Shown here in pieces: positions 21,811 to 29,765 of a stretch of 30,419 nt of DNA (positions within the stretch are counted from its first letter, which is position 1; each line of letters opens with the position of its first letter). Under the pieces are notes generated by a model. It was given only the letters and a program-made list of their open reading frames with translations, was not told where the DNA came from and ran no database searches. This stretch comes from an uncultured delta proteobacterium (lineage in GTDB: Bacteria; Desulfobacterota; Desulfobacteria; Desulfobacterales; JAFDCJ01): NCBI GenBank assembly GCA_963769935.1, contig CAVYNY010000002.1, positions 1 to 30,419 of the forward strand, given 5' to 3'. The position numbers were made by a program, and so were the translations under genes.

Positions 21811-22314
21811 CTAGAACGGCCAGAAGCTGCTATCATACCAGATCTGCTCGGTAAGCTCCTTGTCAATATCCGATAAAAAATGCAGGTGCTGCTTCTCCCA
21901 ATCAGCCAGCCATTGGTAAAGGGCTTTTTCATTCGGATCCTCTGCCTCTGCGGCTCGATCTGAATAAAGCATTATCGCGTTTTTTTCCATGGACATCGCC
22001 GCCGTTATGGCTGCAGCCTCATAGTCGGCGGCGGACATTTCTTTTTTCAATTCCTTTGTCAGCACTCGGGGTGCGATGCTGCCGGTGTAATTTCCGGTAT
22101 ATTCCCCGGGATCAAATTTTTTGTTTTGACGGTAGGCCTTGAATTGTTCGGACAGAATTTCGACATGCTTGGCCTCTTCATCGGCCATCATCCCGAAAAA
22201 TTCCTTAACGGCTTGACCGGATGCCTGCTCGGCAACTTTGCTGTAAAAGGCCTGCCCCCTTTTTTCCAGCAGAATGGCATTTTTTAAAATTTCAGTCGAA
22301 CGATCGTCACTCAT
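21811..22314 (-). CDS. Ferritin-like / rubrerythrin-family diiron protein
   Basis: Two E..(x29-30)..ExxH motifs (AILLEKRG..DEEAKH; MSMEKNA..DWEKQH); GAGGAGG RBS. Confidence 0.9.
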   Translation of the reverse strand: MSDDRSTEILKNAILLEKRGQAFYSKVAEQASGQAVKEFFGMMADEEAKHVEILSEQFKAYRQNKKFDPGEYTGNYTGSIAPRVLTKELKKEMSAADYEAAAITAAMSMEKNAIMLYSDRAAEAEDPNEKALYQWLADWEKQHLHFLSDIDKELTEQIWYDSSFWPF

Positions 22315-22441
22315 CTTTTACCTCCTCGAATCCGATTAAAAATGATATCTGGTTAATTTATGAACTGTCACGATAATTGCGAGAAACGAGTGAGTAAGCT
22401 TGGAGGCTTAAAACGGTTCATAACATTTTGCATTATAGCAT

Positions 22442-22955
22442 TCAAGCTTCCTGGCCTTCCAGCTTTTGTACTAATTCATCAAAAATATCCGCCAGCTTCT
22501 GTTCATACCAGCTTTTCAAAAATAATCCATCTATAAATCCGTTATGGCCGCCAAAGACCTGGATGACTAAATTGGTGCGGTGGTTGAGTTCAAGCTGATA
22601 AAAATCCTCAACCGGTATGATCGGATCATCTCTAGCGCTAATAATTGTGGTGGGAACCGTTAGATCTTTAATGGCGTCCTTTAAGAGAGAATATTCTCTG
22701 AAATATTCGGAAGCGGAATTAAAATCACTGTATTTTTGCAACAATCGATCGGTAACCGCCTGAATGGTTTTCAGGGAGAGCACATCCCCAAAATCATAGA
22801 TTGCGGGAAACAGCTTCTGCTTTTTTTTCAGCGACTGGATCCATTTTTTCAGAAAGTATATCCGAATTAAAGGATAAGGAACTGCTGGCCAATATGGTTT
22901 GAAGGTGGCCGTTTCGCAGATAGGGTGCCGGTCGAAAAGATTCCGCGGTCAACAT
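22442..22955 (-). pseudogene. YheT-like alpha/beta hydrolase with large internal deletion
   Basis: N-terminus MLTAESFRPAPYLRNGHLQTILASS joins out of frame to the C-terminal half YPLIRIYFLKKW...ISARDDPII...GGHNGF. The GxSxG nucleophile region is missing. Confidence 0.8.
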
Positions 22956-22957
22956 CC

Positions 22958-23218
22958 TCAACTTTCTCCACTTTCGCTGTTGCTCCGGGTGATTACTTCC
23001 GCCGACTGATAGAAAACCAGTTCCCACTGCCAGGCCGAGGTGTCGTGGCGGATGATATATGTCGCGTCATCGCTGCCTAAGACTTTAAAATAGCGATGAT
23101 CCGTCGACAGCCACCGATCAAGGATTTCCCTGACTTCGATTTTATTGGCCGCCATTCGAATGTAGCGGGGCGTTTCCTCTCCCCGGTATCCGGAATAGCA
23201 TTCTACCTGAATTTGCAT
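22958..23218 (-). CDS. Conserved-looking hypothetical protein
   Basis: 86 aa, VECYSGYRGEETP...ILDRWL..DHRYFKV...YIIRHD...WEL; GAGGGG upstream. Confidence 0.8.
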   Translation of the reverse strand: MQIQVECYSGYRGEETPRYIRMAANKIEVREILDRWLSTDHRYFKVLGSDDATYIIRHDTSAWQWELVFYQSAEVITRSNSESGES

Positions 23219-23380
23219 GAGATTTAAATAATCCCCCTCGATCTCACCCGCCTTGTAATAGCCAATTAAGACTCACTAGATCAATATCATAAATTATAGA
23301 TTGAATTCAACCCCGCATTGTAATAGCTTTTTAAACGTTCGTTTTTCAGAATTTTTTAAAAACAACAATATAGGCCTGAC

Positions 23381-24280
23381 ATGCTTAAACGCCTGTGCTT
23401 ATTTATAGGTTTAATCGCTTTTTTCCTGATGCCGTCTGTTCCTGCAGCGCAGCAAACGGCTCTGCAGGCCCAGAACATTGTGGTGATCTATGATCCGCCC
23501 CTCGACAGCGCTGCCCGGGAAATCGTTCGTATTTATCCGGAACTCGAACTGGAGCTGGAAGAACTATTTGAATGGGGTCTGACCATCAAGCCTCAGATCC
23601 TTCTTGTCGGAGACACCCAAGCATTTCAAAAAATTACGAACAGCAATCTTATTGTCGCCTTCGCGGTTCCTGAAAAAAAACTGATTGTCATCGATTATTC
23701 CAGGATGACTATCCACCCTTTTACGCTCAGCATAACCCTTAAGCACGAACTGTGTCATTTGCTGCTTCATCAACACATTAGCCGGGAAAACCTTCCTAAA
23801 TGGCTGGATGAAGGTATTTGCCAATGGGTCAGTGATGGAATTGGAGAATTATTCGTAAACCAAAATTTATCCGGACTTGATGCAGCCGTCATGTCCGGCC
23901 GCATCATACCTCTTAAAAAGCTCACCAATTACTTTCCCCCGGACAAAGCCTCATTGACGCTGGCCTATGAGCAAAGCAAAAGTGTGATCGGCTATATTGA
24001 AAGGCAATACGGCAATGGTGCGATCCTGAACCTGCTGGATCATCTCAAAAACGGTGATACGGTGGAGGAAGCGGTAAGGGACAGCCTTGGCATTTCCTTT
24101 GCGCGGCTTGAAAAACAATGGCTCGACCACCTTGAAAGCCCACCGCGCTGGCTCGTTTTTTTTGCCGGCAATATTTACAGCATCCTCTTTTTTCTGGCAG
24201 CCGTTCTGACGTTTTTCGGATTTTTAAAAGTGCTGAGACGCAGAAGGAAAGTCTATGAAGAATGGGAGGAGGATGAATAA
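23381..24280 (+). CDS. MA-clan zinc metallopeptidase-like protein, signal peptide and C-terminal TM anchor
   Basis: HELCH (HExxH) followed by PKWLDEG and LAYEQS; C-terminal TM then RRRRK. Confidence 0.85.
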   Translation: MLKRLCLFIGLIAFFLMPSVPAAQQTALQAQNIVVIYDPPLDSAAREIVRIYPELELELEELFEWGLTIKPQILLVGDTQAFQKITNSNLIVAFAVPEKKLIVIDYSRMTIHPFTLSITLKHELCHLLLHQHISRENLPKWLDEGICQWVSDGIGELFVNQNLSGLDAAVMSGRIIPLKKLTNYFPPDKASLTLAYEQSKSVIGYIERQYGNGAILNLLDHLKNGDTVEEAVRDSLGISFARLEKQWLDHLESPPRWLVFFAGNIYSILFFLAAVLTFFGFLKVLRRRRKVYEEWEEDE

Positions 24281-24510
24281 AAACAAAATAACGCCAACAC
24301 TTATGCCAATACTCCGGCGGCTGCAACCTGAACCATCCCCCAGCTGATCGCAACCTGCGCGGCAGCGATGGATGATGAGATTTTCATGCAAATTTCAGGT
24401 ATTAGTACAAACCTTTTTACAATTTTCAATTTTTACTATATATTGTAAGGAAACACTTGATGTCGATTAAATTCTCTATTCAACCTCATTTTAAAAAAGG
24501 GAGTGCATGA

Positions 24511-25053
24511 ATGGCTATATTTGGCAAAAAGGAAAAGGATGAGAGGGCGCCCGTCGTTCAACCGCCGCCGATTCCGAGAGACATACCCAAGGAACCGAAA
24601 AAGAGTCCGGTAAGAGATACGACACCTGTAGCGGCAAAGGACACCACCAAAGAAACGACCTATCTGGGCAAAAATTTAAAAATCACCGGTAATGTATCCG
24701 GCGAAGGAAACTTGATCTTATTAGGCACCTTTGATGGAGAATTCGATTTAAAGGGTCAATTAAAGGTTGCCCAGGGTGCCAGGATCAAAGGAAACGTCAA
24801 AGCGACTTCTGTATCCATCAACGGCAATGTAGAAGGAACAATTCTGGCAAGCGAAAGAATACTGCTTGATAGCACAGCTGCAATGAAGGGACGGCTTGTG
24901 ACGCCCAAGATCTCCATTCAAGACGGTGCCGTTTTTGACGGAGAGCTCCAGATGAGCGGAAAATCGGAACAGGCACCCAGGATAGCCGCTCCCCAGCCGA
25001 AAATGGCGCCGAAAGAGACCTCTAAAACACCGCCTGTTTCTGAAATAAAATAG
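24511..25053 (+). CDS. Bactofilin (polymer-forming cytoskeletal protein)
   Basis: TYLGKNLKITGNVSGEGNL..G.FDG...ISIQDGAVFDG beta-helix; MAIFGKK membrane-targeting-like N-terminus; Pro-rich tails. Confidence 0.92.
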   Translation: MAIFGKKEKDERAPVVQPPPIPRDIPKEPKKSPVRDTTPVAAKDTTKETTYLGKNLKITGNVSGEGNLILLGTFDGEFDLKGQLKVAQGARIKGNVKATSVSINGNVEGTILASERILLDSTAAMKGRLVTPKISIQDGAVFDGELQMSGKSEQAPRIAAPQPKMAPKETSKTPPVSEIK

Positions 25054-25221
25054 ATATTACCGTTCACGGTTTAAAGGCTCATGGTTCAAAGCTTTGGATT
25101 TCCGGATTAATCCCAACTTTAACCGCAGCTCACAAGCTCAGCATGATTATTAAATAGCTTAAAGCTAATCCAGTAGGATAACCCTGAACCTTGGAACCTA
25201 TATTAGCAAGGAGACATTTAA

Positions 25222-25605
25222 ATGGACAAAGGCAATGCGACCGGCTCAACCTCTTTGTTGAGCAAAGAAATAAAGATGGAAGGCGAGATCCAGGGCAGTG
25301 AAAACCTTCAGGTGGAAGGCCGATTCAAGGGAACTATCAAACTTGCGGGTGATTTATATATTGGTCCGACCGGTGTTGTCGACGCGGATATTGAAGCCGA
25401 TAATGTCATTATTCAGGGACAAATCAACGGTAATGTTTTAGCTCGCAAGCAACTCCAGATTCAATCATCCGGCAGACTTTTGGGAGACTGCACGGCGCAA
25501 TCCATTGACATAAAGGAAGGCGCTCTGTTTGAGGGTCGCTCCAAAATGATCAGATCGTCTGCAGCCTCCACCGGTGGCGGCGCGGTTTCCGGTGCCAAGA
25601 GTTAA
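25222..25605 (+). CDS. Bactofilin (polymer-forming cytoskeletal protein)
   Basis: EGEIQGSENLQVEGRFKG...IDIKEGALFEGRSKM; GGAGA RBS. Confidence 0.92.
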   Translation: MDKGNATGSTSLLSKEIKMEGEIQGSENLQVEGRFKGTIKLAGDLYIGPTGVVDADIEADNVIIQGQINGNVLARKQLQIQSSGRLLGDCTAQSIDIKEGALFEGRSKMIRSSAASTGGGAVSGAKS

Positions 25606-25637
25606 CCCAAGTGAGGTAAAAGGTAAAAGGCTAAAAG

Positions 25638-25726
25638 CTGGGTGCCCGCCTGCGCGGGCATGACAGTAATCATATCTATATGATATTTATTAATCTATTG
25701 TCATTCCCGCGCAGGCGGGAATCCAG
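25638..25726. repeat. Inverted pair of REP/dRS3-like palindromes
   Basis: GTCATTCCCGCGCAGGCGGGAATCCAG (25700-25726) and an inverted variant CTGGGTGCCCGCCTGCGCGGGCATGAC (25638-25664). Confidence 0.8.
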
Positions 25727-25787
25727 AAAGATGGTAGAATCGGACTTTTTAGGGGATCATCAGTCTTTACCCTTTAACCTTTACCCT

Positions 25788-26291
25788 TTAGCCTCCGCTT
25801 TTCACCTTATTCGTCGGATCTCCTTCCGCCACCATTGTGTTGAGAACTTCCCGCTCCGGGGGTCCTGGCAGAATACCGGCCAAATCCGCTTCCAGGACAA
25901 TGGTGCCGTCCTGGTTGCGATAAATTGCCTGAGCCCGGGCACGGTTGTGGTCGTCGATTTCACTGATGATGAACGTGCACTCAATCGTATCACCCAAATA
26001 AACCGGCCGCTTGAAATGGAAGTTCATTTCTGAAGCCAGCCATCCAATCTGTCCACCGATTTCCGTAAGGATGCTGCCCACCAGCAGTCCATGACAAATC
26101 CGCCCATTGAATTTTTTGGTTTGCACAAACCGTTTTTCAAAATGAATCGGGTTGTAATCGCGCGTGACATGGGCAAATGCCAATATATCCTCTTCCGTGA
26201 ACTGTCGCGAAACGACAAAGGTTTCCCCGACAGTTAAACCCTGAATAGTTTTTTGGCGGATTGCTGATTTCGCATTAGTACCAGTCTTCAA
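25788..26291 (-). CDS. MaoC-family (R)-specific dehydratase, hotdog fold (start uncertain)
   Basis: FAHVTRDYNPIHF, ICHGLL, FKRPVYLGDTI. The only nearby in-frame start is a TTG overlapping vapC. Confidence 0.85.
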   Translation of the reverse strand: MKTGTNAKSAIRQKTIQGLTVGETFVVSRQFTEEDILAFAHVTRDYNPIHFEKRFVQTKKFNGRICHGLLVGSILTEIGGQIGWLASEMNFHFKRPVYLGDTIECTFIISEIDDHNRARAQAIYRNQDGTIVLEADLAGILPGPPEREVLNTMVAEGDPTNKVKSGG

Positions 26292-26670
26292 TTTTCAGAT
26301 TCTCTATTTTTTTGAATTCTCTTACATTGTGGGTAGCCAATATACTGTTGTTGGCCATGGCAGATGCCGCAATTAAAATGTCATAAGGTCCTATCAGACT
26401 ACCCTGCCGCTCCAGTTTTATTCTGATCTCTGCGGCACACTTTGCCTCCGATTGCCCAAAAGGAATGATGTTGACCAATGACGTAAGCTCTTGGAGCTGT
26501 TTTTTCCTTTTGGTCGGAGATGTTGATTTCCCAATTCCGACTTCCAGTTCAAAAATAACGATAGCTGGAATTGTAATATTGTTGGGAGCCTTGTTTAGCA
26601 GTCGATTTGCAACATTTCCCTGGCCTTTAAAGAAATAAATTAGAATGTTTGTGTCAAGACAGTAAATCAT
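26275..26670 (-). CDS. vapC: PIN-domain toxin
   Basis: LDTNILI, ELEVG, IGPYDILIAASA, LATHNVREF, IEDW. Confidence 0.95.
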   Translation of the reverse strand: MIYCLDTNILIYFFKGQGNVANRLLNKAPNNITIPAIVIFELEVGIGKSTSPTKRKKQLQELTSLVNIIPFGQSEAKCAAEIRIKLERQGSLIGPYDILIAASAMANNSILATHNVREFKKIENLKIEDWY

Positions 26671-26897
26671 AGGGGCTCTCTCTTCGCATCTTTACCCATT
26701 CCGGTTCGAAGTTCTTCGGCTGTTGGCAGATCCCTCCAGGCGCCGGAAAGTTCTATTATTTGATCAGGCCATGTTTGAGACGTTTTTTCCTTTATCAGAT
26801 CGGAAATCCATTTGCTCTTGGAGACGCCTCTTTTTTTTACAATATTGAGCATTTTTTTTTCCGTTTCGGAATCCAAATAAATGGTTACCTGTCCCAT
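26667..26897 (-). CDS. vapB: RHH/CopG-type antitoxin
   Basis: QVTIYLD...GVSKSKWISDLI ribbon-helix-helix; ATGA overlap with vapC; GGAGGTG RBS. Confidence 0.88.
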   Translation of the reverse strand: MGQVTIYLDSETEKKMLNIVKKRGVSKSKWISDLIKEKTSQTWPDQIIELSGAWRDLPTAEELRTGMGKDAKREPL

Positions 26898-27034
26898 CGG
26901 GTATCACCTCCATTAATTATTGACATATATGTTAACATATAATTATTTTTTGTCAATGATCGGAAAATGGAAAGTCCTATCGACGGGGTGTATACCCGCA
27001 AACATCACCAACGGCAGTCGATCTCTTCTCCAAC

Positions 27035-27059
27035 GTAGCGGCTGGGTTTATCGTCGCCC
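27035..27059 (+). repeat. GTAG-type REP (degenerate)
   Basis: GTAGCGGCTGGGTTTATCGTCGCCC at the 3' end of the RAYT remnant, inverted relative to the REP at 27334-27360. Confidence 0.55.
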
Positions 27060-27289
27060 ATAAAAGCTTCGCCAATTAGTCCATACCTCCGATCAGGACC
27101 ATGCATAATCGATTGGCTCTTCAACAATCTTTGCGCGAACAGGGTTTTCCCAAATATAACAGGCGACATCAGTCAATGATTCTTCTATGGATGTTTGTCG
27201 TGTGTGGCGATAGTAATAGAAAATGCACGACCTTGATCATAAACCGGGAGAGGCAGACGAATATTTTTTCGTACCCGATTGCGCTTCAT
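27048..27289 (-). pseudogene. REP-associated tyrosine transposase (RAYT, Y1 HUH) remnant with internal deletion
   Basis: MKRNRVRKNIRLPLPVYDQGRAFSITIATH (RAYT N-terminus) then EESLTDVACYIWENPVRAKIVEEPIDYAWS* (catalytic YIxxNP region). The central HUH segment is missing and there is an in-frame stop. Confidence 0.8.
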
Positions 27290-27333
27290 GATGTCCTATT
27301 CAATACAGACATATTTTGTTTATCGACGCTGCT

Positions 27334-27360
27334 CGGGCAGGGGTAAATCGCCGCCCCTAC
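27334..27360 (-). repeat. GTAG-type REP
   Basis: On the - strand, GTAG-GGGCGGCGATTTACCCCTGCCCG: GTAG foot plus an imperfect hairpin. Confidence 0.65.
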
Positions 27361-27499
27361 ATTATGATACTTTGAAAATAACCGGCCGGGTGAACGTGTG
27401 TAACTCGCGCCTAAGGGCGCCTGACATCGAACCGGGCATCAACCCTATACCTTACGCCGTGCGCCGAAAGCCTAATGCCCGTTTCTTATACCTTGCACC

Positions 27500-28354
27500 T
27501 TAAACCTTATACCTCTTTACCATCTCCATCACACTATCATCCGGCCTGAACGCCAATTCGCAGCAGGGTACAGCGGTTGCAATTTCCTCAAAAAGTCCCA
27601 TCGTAAATTCCATACCCGCTGCATCCCAGTAGGGTGGAAAAGAGCATTGCAACATCCTAAGCACCGCTTCGACTCTGGATAGCGCTTGAATGGCGTTCTT
27701 TGGGCTGTGACGCAGGAAAAAGATTCTTTCCAATTTTACACCCTGCGGAGAGCCGAATTTGGCCTCGCCGTGCCAGGGTGTGCCGTACATCCGGAATTCT
27801 CCATCGACATAACGCACAATGGTTCGATCGTCACTTAAAACGGTTGCCGCTTTTGTCCGATCCCACAAGTTGGCCAGCGTGCTCTTGCCGGCGCCGGATT
27901 CGCCGGTAAACAGCATGCCTTTTCCGTTATAGTCAATGCCACAGGCGTGAATGATAACCCCGCAGCCCTGGGCCAGGTAGTTTATCATCAACAGTTCCAT
28001 GGTAGGTCCAAAGAAAGGATCAGCACCATGACCGCTTGGTTCGGTAAAATAAAGGTCGGCTCGTTTAAATTGAGGAGATAGGACAAGCAATCTTTGCAGA
28101 TCGGAATATGAGTCAAAAATTTTAACTACCGATTTGTCGCCGTTTCGGTAAAGACTCCAGATCGGAGGGCTGTCGAAACCTCTATTGCCCAATTCCAATT
28201 CCGGCGCACCGAGATGCAGCCCCAGGTGAAGATCAGCCCGGCCGTCAAAAATAAAAGGCTGGTATGACGGAGGCGTATCAAATTCGAACTGTCCGGATTG
28301 CCATTTAACAGCCGTCGTTATATCGGCGATTTTGATCTTGAGATCTGAAGGCAT
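27500..28354 (-). CDS. HPr-kinase-related P-loop protein (RiPP-cassette kinase, ScmC/PadeK-like)
   Basis: IIHACG, Walker A GESGAGKST, LSDDR, YGTPWHGE. Start moved to MPSDLK (28354) because the longer ORF translates intergenic repeats. Confidence 0.82.
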   Translation of the reverse strand: MPSDLKIKIADITTAVKWQSGQFEFDTPPSYQPFIFDGRADLHLGLHLGAPELELGNRGFDSPPIWSLYRNGDKSVVKIFDSYSDLQRLLVLSPQFKRADLYFTEPSGHGADPFFGPTMELLMINYLAQGCGVIIHACGIDYNGKGMLFTGESGAGKSTLANLWDRTKAATVLSDDRTIVRYVDGEFRMYGTPWHGEAKFGSPQGVKLERIFFLRHSPKNAIQALSRVEAVLRMLQCSFPPYWDAAGMEFTMGLFEEIATAVPCCELAFRPDDSVMEMVKRYKV

Positions 28355-28649
28355 GAACCGAAAAAAGTAAAAGGCTAAAGGTGAAAGGCTAAAGACAATA
28401 GGTAAAACGTAAAAACGGCAGAGGCTGCCATTTTGGAGTTCAGCATTTTTTATTTGGACATTGGTTTTTCCTGCTAACTTACAGTCCGACTGAGGAAATA
28501 CTGCGGCGCCGGTGCCAAGGCCTACCAGCATCAAGTGGCCAATCGCAGAAATTGTAAAATTCGACCAGCCATCCTGTTCTAGTCTCCGGGGCTTCCAAGC
28601 CAATAGATCTTTCGCCTTGTACCTTTAACCTTTATCCTTTAACCTTATT

Positions 28650-28814
28650 TTATGATCCCGGCCCTAAGCATGGCTGAAATGTCGGAGGGCCGCAGCCCAC
28701 CCCGGAGGGACCACCGATGCCGGAGGTCTTACAAACCGCCAGCACAGCCGTCTTGGCATCCAGTCTGATTTTCCTAATTTCAGGTTTCGCGTATTTCTTC
28801 TTTTGGCTTTCCAT
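28650..28814 (-). CDS. Putative RiPP precursor peptide (54 aa)
   Basis: MESQKKKYAKPEIRKIRLDAKTAVLAVCKTSGIGGPSGVGCGPPTFQPCLGPGS. It has a YxxPxI RRE-binding leader and a 3-Cys Gly/Pro-rich core, and lies between the PqqD and kinase genes. Confidence 0.8.
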   Translation of the reverse strand: MESQKKKYAKPEIRKIRLDAKTAVLAVCKTSGIGGPSGVGCGPPTFQPCLGPGS

Positions 28815-29156
28815 AATTAATCCGCCCTGGAAAATAGCATATCCAGCGTTGTGAACTGTTATTTGAACTTGAGACACTTGTTTGACTAAGGCGCCGGCGG
28901 CTTAATTACTGTATGCTGCGCATATATTTTATTGGTTTATTCGTTATCCGGACACTGGTCTTCTGGGCCTGCGGCCCGTAAGATTGAACTTGGCTATATT
29001 TAGATCCACCTCACGGGATAAATCATTATTTTACAATCAATAAACAAGCTGCACCATCAGCGTTGCCTTGCGCCTTTTATCTTTATTCCGTCGCCTTTCT
29101 CCTTTTACCTCAAACCTATATTCTTCAACCCATTAAACTCAATAAACCCTATAAAC

Positions 29157-29450
29157 TCAATTAACACGAATCACCGCATCAATTTCAATTAAATCATTTA
29201 TAAACTCGTTCAAATCCGCTTCTGCTTCCTGCAGCGACGCCTCATATTCATCCAGGATTTTATCTTTGATGGTTTTCAAATTCCGCTCGCCGTCCAGCTG
29301 CTCCCAAATAAAAGCGCCGATCTCATTTAAATTGTAAATACTGCCCATATCACCGACGTTATCCTTGATGGGAACCAGAATCGTTTCATCCTCGATACGG
29401 CGAAATACAAAGTTTTCATTTCTACGGTAGCATTGTTCCAACTCGATCAT
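29157..29450 (-). CDS. Stand-alone PqqD-family RiPP recognition element
   Basis: FVFRRIEDETILVP...IYNLNEIGAFIWEQLDG...I...I..EYE.....AEADL.EFI..L is the classic PqqD pattern. Confidence 0.93.
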   Translation of the reverse strand: MIELEQCYRRNENFVFRRIEDETILVPIKDNVGDMGSIYNLNEIGAFIWEQLDGERNLKTIKDKILDEYEASLQEAEADLNEFINDLIEIDAVIRVN

Positions 29451-29765
29451 TTTAATAAGCCATTGTCAGTAGCATGTCATAAGTTATTGATTGAGAAAAA
29501 TAATATTAGTTCAATCTTAGCATCAATTGCCTTAAAAAGCCAGAACTCTGCTGAATTGATATCAGCTGCTATATAAAGTTCCTTATTTTGCCATAGGCAG
29601 GATTCCTCCCCGCCTAAATTCAGCGGGATCTTCAACCAGCTACGCTTTTGCATTCCTGCATCCCAGCTTCCCGGCCTCCTCGCCTCCCAGCCTATTTGCT
29701 CATTCCTCAGTCCTCATCCCTAGTTCCGGTTGGTTTTAGCTTGCCTCCAATCTAAACGCTTTGCT

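Noticed and set aside
27101..27503. Plus-strand ORFs 27101-27346 and 27279-27503
   Set aside because: They are antisense to the RAYT remnant and run through REP and heptamer repeats.
28355..28603. 83-aa N-terminal extension of the kinase, or a second precursor peptide
   Set aside because: It translates heptamer repeats (FSLSPLAF), starts at TTG, and no second YxxP-type ORF was found.
28650..28814. Lasso peptide precursor
   Set aside because: The leader motif fits, but the core has no Asp/Glu for the macrolactam and no cyclase or B2 protease is visible.
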